A stretch of 64,000 nucleotides of DNA from Akkermansiaceae bacterium (GTDB lineage Bacteria > Verrucomicrobiota > Verrucomicrobiia > Verrucomicrobiales > Akkermansiaceae). Below are positions 34,305 to 42,479 of the stretch, in pieces. Each line of letters opens with the position of its first letter. The first letter of the stretch is position 1. A program made the translations under genes and the position numbers. Location: positions 12,425 through 76,424 of the forward strand of contig JAQWZU010000056.1 in assembly GCA_029253285.1 (NCBI GenBank), given 5' to 3'. The notes beneath the pieces are model-generated. The model had not been told where the DNA came from, made no database searches, and saw only the letters and a list, made by a program, of their open reading frames with translations.

Positions 34305-36107
34305 ATGATGCTTTTTCGAACGATCAACCTCGTAACCTGCCTTGCCTCAGTCCTCTTGCTGACGACCTGCAAGCGACCCTTCAGCGACCGGGCTCAGGAC
34401 TTATCCGTCTTCCGCTTTTCCGAAAATGGAGCCCCGGTCACCATGGATCCCGTCCAGTCGGCGACGCAATACGCCAATCTGATGACCACGAGCATCTATG
34501 ACCAACTCTACGAATACAAATATCTTGCCCGCCCTTACGAGCTGAAGCCACGGCTCGCGGAAGCAATGCCGGAGGTCAGCGAGGACGGTCTGACCTACAC
34601 CTACCGAATCAAAAAAGGCATCCTCTATGCCGACAACGAGTGTTTCCCCGCGGGGAAAGGGCGCGAAGTCACCGCGAACGACTTCATCTACTCCATGCGA
34701 CGCCTCTTCGACCCCAAGGCGAGATCCCAAGGCGCCTGGCTCTGGCAGGGGAAAATCAAAGGTCTCGACGAATGGAAGGAAGAAGGCGCCGACTACTCGA
34801 AGCCGATCGAAGGGCTGAGAGCCCTCGATGACTACACCATTCAAATCATCCTGAACAAACCTTTCCCCCAACTCACTTACACCTTCGCAATGGGCTTTTC
34901 TTCGGTAACTCCAAGAGAGGCCGTCGAACATTACGGCAAAGAGTTTGGCCTCAACCCGGTTGGCAGCGGCCCTTACAAGCTCAAATCCTTCAGCACCAAA
35001 AAAGCGATCCTGGTGCGAAACGAAAACTACCGTGAGGAGATCTTCAGCCTCGAAGAAGAAGGATACGACCCGAAAACCCAGAGCGGGTTCGGTCTGGAAA
35101 GATTGGAGGGCAAGAAGCTCCCGATCATGGACACAACTGAGGTTTATTTCATGGAGGAATCGATGACACGTTGGAATTCCCTTAATAAAGGAACGGAGAT
35201 CCACTTCGGCGGCATTCCTACCGAGCTCACCCACATGGTTGCGGAAGAACTCAACCCTCTCGTTCTAAAGGCTAAATATGCCGAAAAATTCACGGCGATG
35301 AACCTTCCCGACCTTGGAACGGTCTACCTCTACTTGAATATGTCGGACCCAAAAATTGGCCACCACTCCGATCCCGAACAAAACCGCCGCAACCTCCTTT
35401 TAAGAAAGGCCATCAGCGCCGCCTACGATTGGCCACAACGAAGTCGTCGATTCTACAACGGCACGGCCGCACTCTTTCCTGGCACGATCCCTCCGGGCCT
35501 GGACGGCTACGACGAGGCCTTTACCCCGGAAATGACCGAGCCCGATTACGAAAAAGCCAAAGCCTACCTCAAGGAAGGGGGGTGGAACGCCGACAACCTT
35601 CCCGTGCTCGACTATAATGGCACCGCCAGTGTGCAAAACAAACAAATGTACGAACAGTTTCGTGGATGGATGGAGAAGATCGGCTATCCACGCAAGAAGA
35701 TTCCCTACGTTCCTTTCGCCACTTTCGGTGACTTCAATAAAGCGGTCAAACAACGCAACTGCACTTTGATCGGAATGGCCTGGGGGTTGGACTATCCCGA
35801 CGCCGAGAACGTCCTCCAGCTTTTCTATGGACCGAATGGCAGCCCGGGATCAAATTCCTCCAACTTCAATGATCCGACGTATAACGAGATGTTTGAGAAA
35901 TCCGTCGTCATGCAACCCGGCCCGGAACGAACCGAAATCTACAAGAAACTCAATCAAATCATCATCGACGATGTCCCCGCGGTATGCGGAATCTCAAGAA
36001 ACACCCCATTCATCTGGCACAAGAACGTGGTCTTCTTACCCTCTCGCAATCCTCACGGAAGCCTCTTTAAATACGCTCTCGTCTTTGACGAATCGGACGA
36101 CCAGTAG
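34305..36107 (+). CDS. ABC transporter substrate-binding lipoprotein, family 5 (Opp/Dpp-type)
   Basis: 600 aa with a lipobox-like N-terminus (VLLLTTC). It shows family-5 SBP character and is the first gene of a five-gene ABC operon. Confidence 0.8.
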   Translation: MMLFRTINLVTCLASVLLLTTCKRPFSDRAQDLSVFRFSENGAPVTMDPVQSATQYANLMTTSIYDQLYEYKYLARPYELKPRLAEAMPEVSEDGLTYTYRIKKGILYADNECFPAGKGREVTANDFIYSMRRLFDPKARSQGAWLWQGKIKGLDEWKEEGADYSKPIEGLRALDDYTIQIILNKPFPQLTYTFAMGFSSVTPREAVEHYGKEFGLNPVGSGPYKLKSFSTKKAILVRNENYREEIFSLEEEGYDPKTQSGFGLERLEGKKLPIMDTTEVYFMEESMTRWNSLNKGTEIHFGGIPTELTHMVAEELNPLVLKAKYAEKFTAMNLPDLGTVYLYLNMSDPKIGHHSDPEQNRRNLLLRKAISAAYDWPQRSRRFYNGTAALFPGTIPPGLDGYDEAFTPEMTEPDYEKAKAYLKEGGWNADNLPVLDYNGTASVQNKQMYEQFRGWMEKIGYPRKKIPYVPFATFGDFNKAVKQRNCTLIGMAWGLDYPDAENVLQLFYGPNGSPGSNSSNFNDPTYNEMFEKSVVMQPGPERTEIYKKLNQIIIDDVPAVCGISRNTPFIWHKNVVFLPSRNPHGSLFKYALVFDESDDQ

Positions 36108-36113
36108 ACAAGT

Positions 36114-37118
36114 ATGGAAACGCTACAATTTGCTCTCAGAAAACTGCTCTACTCAATCCCGCTGCTGTTTGGGGTGACCTTCATCAGCTTCTTCCTAATG
36201 GTCTACCACGGACCGGATCTGACTTATACCATCCTCGGAAAAAACCCAACGCCGGAACAAATCGCCGAAGTCCATCGCGACCTTGGGTATGACCAACCCT
36301 TTCTCAAGCGTTACTTTCTCTTCCTCAAGGAAATCATCACCTTCGATTTCGGCTCTTCCATTTCCTCTGGAGAAAAAGTCTCCTCCATCCTAAAGAAAAG
36401 CGTCCCGGTCTCCTTCATGGTTGCCCTGCCGGCATTCATCCTTTCCAACGCCCTCGGCATCATTCTCGCCCTTTATGCCGCCAATCATCGGGGAAAGAAA
36501 AACGACAAAATCATCATGGTCATGGCAGCCGGAGGAATGAGCGTCAGCTTTCTCATGGTTGTCATCGCCTTCCAAATCATGTTCTGTACGAGCTATGGTC
36601 TGGTGGACTGGTTCCCCGTCCAGGGATGGATCTCGCCTCCGCCGAATTACCCCGACGCCACCACAGGTGAAATCCTTTACTACTATTGGTATTACTACTG
36701 GTCTCATGTCACGGTCCCCACCCTTGCGAGCGTATTTGTCGCCCTGGGATACAACACCCGTTTCTTCCGCGCCGTCATTGTGGAGGAACTCAACAAAGAC
36801 TACGTCCGGACCGCCCGGGCATACGGAGTGAGCAATCGCAAGATCATGATCAAGCATGTCCTCAAAAATGCCATGATCCCGATCTCAACGCGCATCATCA
36901 TCACCATTCCTTTCGTGATCATTGCCGGTAACCTCGTCGTGGAAAAGTTCTTCGGTATTCCCGGAGTTGGCCTCGTCACTTACGACGCAATCACTAATGG
37001 CGATCTTCCTATTGTGAAAGCGGTCGTCACCTCCACCGCTGTGCTCTATGTCATTGCACTCATCCTAACGGATATCGTCTACAAGATGATTGATCCACGA
37101 ACCTCATACAACCAATAA
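36114..37118 (+). CDS. ABC transporter permease (OppB/DppB-like)
   Basis: 334 aa, polytopic, with an EAA-like loop (VRTARAYGVSNRKIMIKHVLKNA). Confidence 0.85.
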   Translation: METLQFALRKLLYSIPLLFGVTFISFFLMVYHGPDLTYTILGKNPTPEQIAEVHRDLGYDQPFLKRYFLFLKEIITFDFGSSISSGEKVSSILKKSVPVSFMVALPAFILSNALGIILALYAANHRGKKNDKIIMVMAAGGMSVSFLMVVIAFQIMFCTSYGLVDWFPVQGWISPPPNYPDATTGEILYYYWYYYWSHVTVPTLASVFVALGYNTRFFRAVIVEELNKDYVRTARAYGVSNRKIMIKHVLKNAMIPISTRIIITIPFVIIAGNLVVEKFFGIPGVGLVTYDAITNGDLPIVKAVVTSTAVLYVIALILTDIVYKMIDPRTSYNQ

Positions 37119-37127
37119 CCCGGAATC

Positions 37128-38012
37128 ATGAGTGAAGAAAACATCAGCACCGGCCGGGATTCTCTCTGGAGCAAGAGTCGACGCAAGTTGATGCGCGACC
37201 GCGCCGGGGTTGCCGCCATGATCGTCGTGGGAGCTTACGGGCTCATCGCAATTCTGGTCTACCTTGGACTCATTGGCGAAAACTGGAGCACCCTGGGCGA
37301 GGAAGGATTTGGAGGGATGAGTTCAGAACATTGGTTCGGCACCAACATCAATGGACAAGACATTTTCTCACGCGCCATTCAGGGTATCAAGACCGCCTTC
37401 GAAGTCGGCCTGGTTGTCGCCGTCACCGCGACCGCTATCGGAGGGATCCTTGGCGCGATCGCCGGTTACTTTCATCGAACCATCGTGGATGAAGTCATCA
37501 TGTGGCTCTATGGCTGTATCGATGCCATCCCCTTCTACCTTTTCGTGGCCGCCGTCGCCTTTTCACTCAAGGGGACCGACCTCCAACCCTGGGGAATGCA
37601 TATCGCCATGATCGCCACCTTCTGGTCAAGCACCTGCCGGATTGTGCGAGGCGAAGTCATTAAAATTCGCGGGCTCGAATACATTCAGGCCGCCAAAGCC
37701 GTCGGAGTAGGACCACTCACCATCGTCCGCCGCCACGTCATGCCCAACACCACGCACATCCTGCTGGTGCAATCGACGATCGCCTTCGTTGGCGCCATCA
37801 AGAGCGAGGTCATCCTCACCTTCCTGGGACTGGGCGTCGTCGATGGCGTTAGTTGGGGCACGATGCTCTCCGAGTCCACCAGTGACGTCCTTCGCGGGCA
37901 CTTCGGCAACTTCCTCGGAGCCTCCGGATTCCTCTTTGTCCTCGTAATCTCATTCAACATGTTCGCCGATGCCCTGCAAGACGCGCTCGACCCCAAGAAA
38001 GTTAGCTCCTGA
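37128..38012 (+). CDS. ABC transporter permease (OppC/DppC-like)
   Basis: 294 aa, polytopic, with the block YIQAAKAVGVGPLTIVRRHVMPN. Confidence 0.85.
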   Translation: MSEENISTGRDSLWSKSRRKLMRDRAGVAAMIVVGAYGLIAILVYLGLIGENWSTLGEEGFGGMSSEHWFGTNINGQDIFSRAIQGIKTAFEVGLVVAVTATAIGGILGAIAGYFHRTIVDEVIMWLYGCIDAIPFYLFVAAVAFSLKGTDLQPWGMHIAMIATFWSSTCRIVRGEVIKIRGLEYIQAAKAVGVGPLTIVRRHVMPNTTHILLVQSTIAFVGAIKSEVILTFLGLGVVDGVSWGTMLSESTSDVLRGHFGNFLGASGFLFVLVISFNMFADALQDALDPKKVSS

Positions 38013-38019
38013 ATCGATC

Positions 38020-39003
38020 ATGTCTGAATCTACATCCAAACCCGTTCTCAGCATTCAGGATCTCGTCGTCGAGTTCAAGACCGAGGCCGGCCTCATCCGG
38101 GCACTTGACGGCGTCAGCTTCGAGGTCCAGGAAGGTGAAGCACTCGGCATCGTCGGTGAATCCGGCTGTGGGAAATCCGTCACTGCCCTCTCCATCCTGA
38201 AACTCATCCCCTCCCCTCCGGGGCGTATTGCCGGAGGAAGCATCGAGCTCGACGGCGTCGATGTCGTCGCGCAACCGGACGACGAAATGCGCAAGGTCCG
38301 CGGCCAACTTGCCTCCATGATTTTCCAGGAGCCCATGACCGCTCTCAACCCGGTCTTCACCATCGGTAACCAGATGGTCGAAATCATCCGCGTGCACCAA
38401 AAGGTATCCAAGGCCGTAGCCAAGAAGCAGGCCATCGAAATGCTTCGCACCGTGAACATCGAGTCACCCGAGCAACGCATCGACCAATACCCTCACGAAC
38501 TCTCCGGCGGAATGCGACAGCGCGTCATGATTGCCATGGCGCTCTCTTGCAGCCCCAAGCTCCTCATCGCTGACGAACCCACCACCGCACTCGACGTTAC
38601 GGTGCAAGCCCAAGTCATGGAGGAGATCAGTCGCCTCCAACGCGAAATGAATATGGGGCTCATCCTCATCACTCACGACCTCGGCGTGATCGCAGAAAGC
38701 TGCACCCGCGTCGTCGTGATGTACTGCGGCAAGATCATCGAAATGGCGGAAACCGAGGAACTCTTCAGAAACCCGCGCCACCCCTACACCCGCGGTCTAC
38801 TCGATTCCATCCCGCGCATCCGCGAGAAGAAACTTGAGACCCTACCCATCATTGAAGGGATGGTCCCCGACCTCGCCAATCTTCCCAAGGGATGCCGTTT
38901 TGCAGATCGTTGCCCCAAAGCCGAAGATCATTGCCGGGAAAACGAACCCCCTCTGGAAGACACCGAAAGCGGTGGAAAAGTCGCCTGTTTCATCCCCAAC
39001 TAA
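38020..39003 (+). CDS. ABC transporter ATP-binding protein (OppD/DppD-like)
   Basis: The start is set at the ATG at 38020 (MSESTSKPVLSIQDL). Motifs present are Walker A (GESGCGKS), the signature (LSGGMRQR), Walker B (LLIADEPTTALD) and an Opp-type C-terminal CxF..RC motif. Confidence 0.9.
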   Translation: MSESTSKPVLSIQDLVVEFKTEAGLIRALDGVSFEVQEGEALGIVGESGCGKSVTALSILKLIPSPPGRIAGGSIELDGVDVVAQPDDEMRKVRGQLASMIFQEPMTALNPVFTIGNQMVEIIRVHQKVSKAVAKKQAIEMLRTVNIESPEQRIDQYPHELSGGMRQRVMIAMALSCSPKLLIADEPTTALDVTVQAQVMEEISRLQREMNMGLILITHDLGVIAESCTRVVVMYCGKIIEMAETEELFRNPRHPYTRGLLDSIPRIREKKLETLPIIEGMVPDLANLPKGCRFADRCPKAEDHCRENEPPLEDTESGGKVACFIPN

Positions 39004-39011
39004 GCAAACTC

Positions 39012-39992
39012 ATGGAAGAGCCACTCGTACAGGTAAAAAACCTCAAAACACACTACCCGATCAAAGGTGGACTGCTGAACCGCCCCATCGGTGCGGTCAA
39101 AGCTGTGAACGGAGTCAGCCTCGATATTCAGGCGGGCCAGACTTTCGGACTCGTGGGTGAATCAGGTTGTGGAAAATCAACCTTCGGCCGTTCCATCTTA
39201 CGCCTTCAGCATGTCACCTCCGGCGAAGTGCAAATCAACGGAAAGGACATTCTCTCTCTCGATCGTCAGGAGTTGGTCAAAGCACGGGCGGACATGCAGA
39301 TCATCTTCCAGGATCCCTACGGTTCCCTGAACCCGCGCATGACCATTCGCCAAATCGTACGAGAACCGCTCGACACCCACAAGATCGGCGAGAGGGCCGA
39401 CCGCGACGCTGAAGTCATGCGTCTCCTCGAAATCTGCGGACTACGTCGATCCGTCGCCGACCGTTACCCTCACGAATTCTCCGGCGGACAACGCCAGCGC
39501 ATCGGCATCGCGCGCGCCCTCGCCCTTAAACCAAAATTCATCGTCGCCGACGAACCCGTCTCCGCCCTCGACGTCTCGGTGCAAAGCCAGGTGCTCAATC
39601 TCATCAGCAACCTGCAAAAAGAATTTGGAATCTCCTTCCTTTTTATCTCGCACGATCTTGCTGTCGTCCAACATATCAGCCACGAAGTCGGCGTGATGTA
39701 TTTTGGCGAACTTGTCGAGCGGGCCCCTGCCGAAGAACTCTACGCCGCGCCCAAGCATCCGTACACCCAGGCCCTGCTTAAAGCCATTCCCCAACCCGAT
39801 CCCGAACGCGAAAAGGAACACGTCTCGCTCACCGGCGACATCCCCTCGCACAATGATCCACCTAAAGGCTGCCCCTTCCAACCCCGCTGCCCCGTCGCCA
39901 AACCCGAGTGCGCCGAAAGCAAACCTCCCCTCAAACTAATCGACGCCGAGGACGCCTCGTCCAAGCACCAGGTTGCCTGCTGGCTCTACTAA
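39012..39992 (+). CDS. ABC transporter ATP-binding protein (OppF/DppF-like)
   Basis: The start is set at the ATG at 39012 (MEEPLVQVKNLKTHY). Motifs present are GESGCGKST, FSGGQRQR and FIVADEPVSALD. Confidence 0.9.
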   Translation: MEEPLVQVKNLKTHYPIKGGLLNRPIGAVKAVNGVSLDIQAGQTFGLVGESGCGKSTFGRSILRLQHVTSGEVQINGKDILSLDRQELVKARADMQIIFQDPYGSLNPRMTIRQIVREPLDTHKIGERADRDAEVMRLLEICGLRRSVADRYPHEFSGGQRQRIGIARALALKPKFIVADEPVSALDVSVQSQVLNLISNLQKEFGISFLFISHDLAVVQHISHEVGVMYFGELVERAPAEELYAAPKHPYTQALLKAIPQPDPEREKEHVSLTGDIPSHNDPPKGCPFQPRCPVAKPECAESKPPLKLIDAEDASSKHQVACWLY

Positions 39993-40074
39993 GCCCTAGG
40001 AACGCCCAATGCGAAGCCACTCAACAACAAATAATCTCGCTGGCCAATTCCGGAATCCCATCCAAAATATCCCC

Positions 40075-40287
40075 ATGCAACTCGAGATCGAATACTGCGC
40101 CCAGTGAAATTACCTTCCCGAAGCTGACCGTGTGTCGGCTGAAATCGAACAAGCCACCGGCAAGCAAGCCAAGCTCGTCGCCGGAGCCGGCGGCATCTTC
40201 GAAATCCGCAAAGACGGCGAAGTTATCTGGAAAAAACAACACAGCGGCCACTTCCCCAAAACCGGCGAAGCCGCGGCTCTTTTCTAG
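40075..40287 (+). CDS. SelW-like (Rdx family) small redox protein with an in-frame TGA at 40105..40107; candidate selenoprotein (CxxU)
   Basis: Reading through the TGA gives MQLEIEYCAQ-U-NYLPEADRVSAEIEQATGKQAKLVAGAGGIFEIRKDGEVIWKKQHSGHFPKTGEAAALF, ending at the TAG at 40285. The IEYCxxU N-terminus and the GGxFEI..DGExIW.K...G.FP core match the Rdx/SelW pattern. The ORF track splits the gene at the TGA. Confidence 0.7.
40122..40140 (+). other. candidate bacterial SECIS stem-loop downstream of the in-frame UGA
   Basis: AGCUGAC-CGUGU-GUCGGCU forms a 7-bp stem (one G-U pair) with a G/U-containing apical loop. The stem begins 14 nt after the UGA. A possible lower stem pairs CGA with UCG. Confidence 0.45.
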
Positions 40288-40446
40288 GAGAAAGTTGTTC
40301 CTTTCTACGGAGCTTTGACCTCAATCCCAGAGCCCTCCATTCTCACTCTTCTTTGCCTTACCGGACTCGCGTTCATTCGCCGGCGGCGCCAGAAGCACTT
40401 CAAATTTAAATCTAAGCCCGCGGTGCCTTTTGCGCCCCAGGCCCTT

Positions 40447-41097
40447 TTATTGAGCCAAGGCCTTCTTCACCGTTTCCCCGACCCGCTTCCCCTGTAAATC
40501 AATCGCTACCGGTTTGAAATGATAAGGATCTTTGTAATGCTCCGGGTGGCCTTTTGAAATACCGTGCAGGTCATTGATCGTCGCTCCATATTTTTGAGCC
40601 AGCTCCCGCACAATACGATTCCGTTCATCAACCCTCGGATTCAGCTTGTTCACATTACTAGTCGATTGAAGCGGTGTCGAGAGAGCTAGAATGAGCTTCG
40701 CTTTCGGCGCCTTCTTTCGAGTCAGCTGCAAGGCCTTTTCATAACCTTCCCGATATTCATCTTCGGAGTATCCCATACCATGGAGGCCATTGTTAAAGTG
40801 AATCACGGCATACTGGTAGTGACTGAACATCGCATCCAGCTGGGCAAAAAAGGCCGGGTCGGACACACAGGCCGAAGTCGCAAAGCGCGCGCAGCTCGCC
40901 TTTCCCTGCAATTGCTTCTCAGCCACCTTGAAATACCCCTTGGTAATCGAATCTCCCACCAACATCACCCGAGGGAGTTTCTTATCCGTGGCTTTGGCGA
41001 TCCAAATATCGCACCACTCGGTTCCTTCTCGATGAATCGTTGTTTCCGCCAAAATTGGCAGCACCATCACAACGAATAAGATCAGCGTTTTTATCAT
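40447..41097 (-). CDS. SGNH/GDSL-family hydrolase, secreted
   Basis: 216 aa with a signal-like N-terminus, block I (VMLVGDSITKGY), HFNNGLHG, and a C-terminal DPYHF block. Confidence 0.75.
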   Translation of the reverse strand: MIKTLILFVVMVLPILAETTIHREGTEWCDIWIAKATDKKLPRVMLVGDSITKGYFKVAEKQLQGKASCARFATSACVSDPAFFAQLDAMFSHYQYAVIHFNNGLHGMGYSEDEYREGYEKALQLTRKKAPKAKLILALSTPLQSTSNVNKLNPRVDERNRIVRELAQKYGATINDLHGISKGHPEHYKDPYHFKPVAIDLQGKRVGETVKKALAQ

Positions 41098-42204
41098 CTA
41101 TAATTCTCCACGTTCTTCTTTGTCGAGCTCGATACGGTCTTCGCGGTTCCGGGCTTTCACCCGTACGTTGCGCTTCCCCCAACGCTCGACAATCATCTGC
41201 CGTTTCTTGCGGCGGAAATTCAACTCCTCCACTTCTTCATCAAGCTGGAGGAAGCCCTCGTAGCGACGAATATTCAACTCCCCCGATTTCACCGCCGCTT
41301 CAATGGCGCAGCCTTTGTCGCCCTGATGTTTACAATCGCGAAACTTGCATTGAAGAGTCAGCTCTTCGACGTCGGCAAAACTCTCGCGGAGCGTCTTTTC
41401 ATCGGTCCACATCTGGACTTCACGAATCCCGGGATTATCGACCAACATTCCACCGTCCGGCAAAACCACCAATTCTCGAGCCACCGTGGTGTGACGACCT
41501 TTTCCGGTCACCTCATTCACCTCGCCAGTCCACAACCATTCTTCCCCGAGAAGCTGGTTCACCAAAGTCGATTTGCCCACGCCACTCGAACCGACCATCG
41601 TCAATGTGATTCCCGGTTTCAAATAACCACGCAAGACATCCAAGCCTTCCTTCCGGGTCGCACTCGTCACATAAACTTTCGCTTCAGGCATCAGCTCCTG
41701 AATCTCCTCCCGAGCTTTCTCGTTCACCTCTTCCTCAAGAAGATCCGACTTATTAACCAGCACCACACAATCCGCCCCACTGCGCGACACGATGGTGTAA
41801 TATCTCTCCATCCGGCGCAGGTTGAAATCCGATCCCGCATCCGTCACGACAACCACAATATCGACATTGGCTGCCATGACTTGTTCCTGACTACTTTTCC
41901 CTGGAGCCTTCCGTGAAAAACAGGTCCGACGTGGAAGTCTTGCCCGGATGATGTGTTCGTCTTCATCCCCGGCTCCCAACTCAATCGCGACCCAATCGCC
42001 CACCGCCGGCAGGTCTGCATCACAGGTCGCCTCATGCCACACTTTACCACCGACCACACAGTCCACTTCCTCCCCTTCATCGAGCAAAGCCGAGAAGTTG
42101 ATCTTAGTCTCACGAATCAACCGCCCCAAAACCCACTTCTCATCCGCAATCTCTCTATAAGAATTCGCAAAGAAGTCAGTCCATCCCAGTTCAGCGAGAG
42201 TCAT
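41098..42204 (-). CDS. rsgA: ribosome small-subunit-dependent GTPase A
   Basis: The start is set at the ATG at 42204 (MTLAELGWTDFF). It has the circularly permuted GTPase order (LVNKSDL ... VGSSGVGKSTLVNQL ... DNPGIRE) and a Zn-finger (CKFRDCKHQGDKGC). The 40-codon R/G-rich ORF-track extension is rejected. Confidence 0.9.
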   Translation of the reverse strand: MTLAELGWTDFFANSYREIADEKWVLGRLIRETKINFSALLDEGEEVDCVVGGKVWHEATCDADLPAVGDWVAIELGAGDEDEHIIRARLPRRTCFSRKAPGKSSQEQVMAANVDIVVVVTDAGSDFNLRRMERYYTIVSRSGADCVVLVNKSDLLEEEVNEKAREEIQELMPEAKVYVTSATRKEGLDVLRGYLKPGITLTMVGSSGVGKSTLVNQLLGEEWLWTGEVNEVTGKGRHTTVARELVVLPDGGMLVDNPGIREVQMWTDEKTLRESFADVEELTLQCKFRDCKHQGDKGCAIEAAVKSGELNIRRYEGFLQLDEEVEELNFRRKKRQMIVERWGKRNVRVKARNREDRIELDKEERGEL

Positions 42205-42369
42205 CTGCTCAGAGTTCAAACCGGATCGGCCCGAAGCGAAAGAGCCAAATCCTGCTTTATAACCACTCCGGGGATGCCCGGCACGTCCCCTGAAAAATAC
42301 ACGCGTGCAGGAATTTCTCGACAAAATGGGTCGCTGCCCAGTAGTCTACTCCACCTGCCCCCCCCAAGG

Positions 42370-42408
42370 AGCCGGAGGCCTGTCAAAAGGGCTCCGGCTT
42401 TTTCTTTT
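42370..42408 (+). terminator. orphan rho-independent terminator in the rsgA/rhomboid divergent intergenic region
   Basis: AGCCGGAG-gcctgtcaaaaggg-CTCCGGCT is followed by TTTTCTTTT. No plus-strand gene ends upstream of it. It lies 72 nt before the rhomboid ATG. Confidence 0.6.
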
Positions 42409-42479
42409 CCGCAATCAGACTTTCGCCCTGCACAAAAGCCTGTAGATTCTCCAGCGTGGGACACGCAGATCGAGACTAC

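Noticed and set aside
39908-40318. 136-aa plus-strand ORF spanning the oppF-like 3' end and the SelW-like locus, plus the 76-aa minus-strand ORF at 40021..40251.
   Set aside because: The plus-strand ORF's translation is S/P/K-rich and motif-free, and it starts inside the ATPase gene. For both ORFs, the alternative reading (ATG at 40075 with UGA recoding) gives a sequence with a clear Rdx-family signature.
42205-42324. 40-codon N-terminal extension of rsgA in the ORF track.
   Set aside because: The extension is an R/G/S-rich non-native-looking sequence. The canonical RsgA N-terminus (MTLAELGW...) starts at the ATG at 42204.
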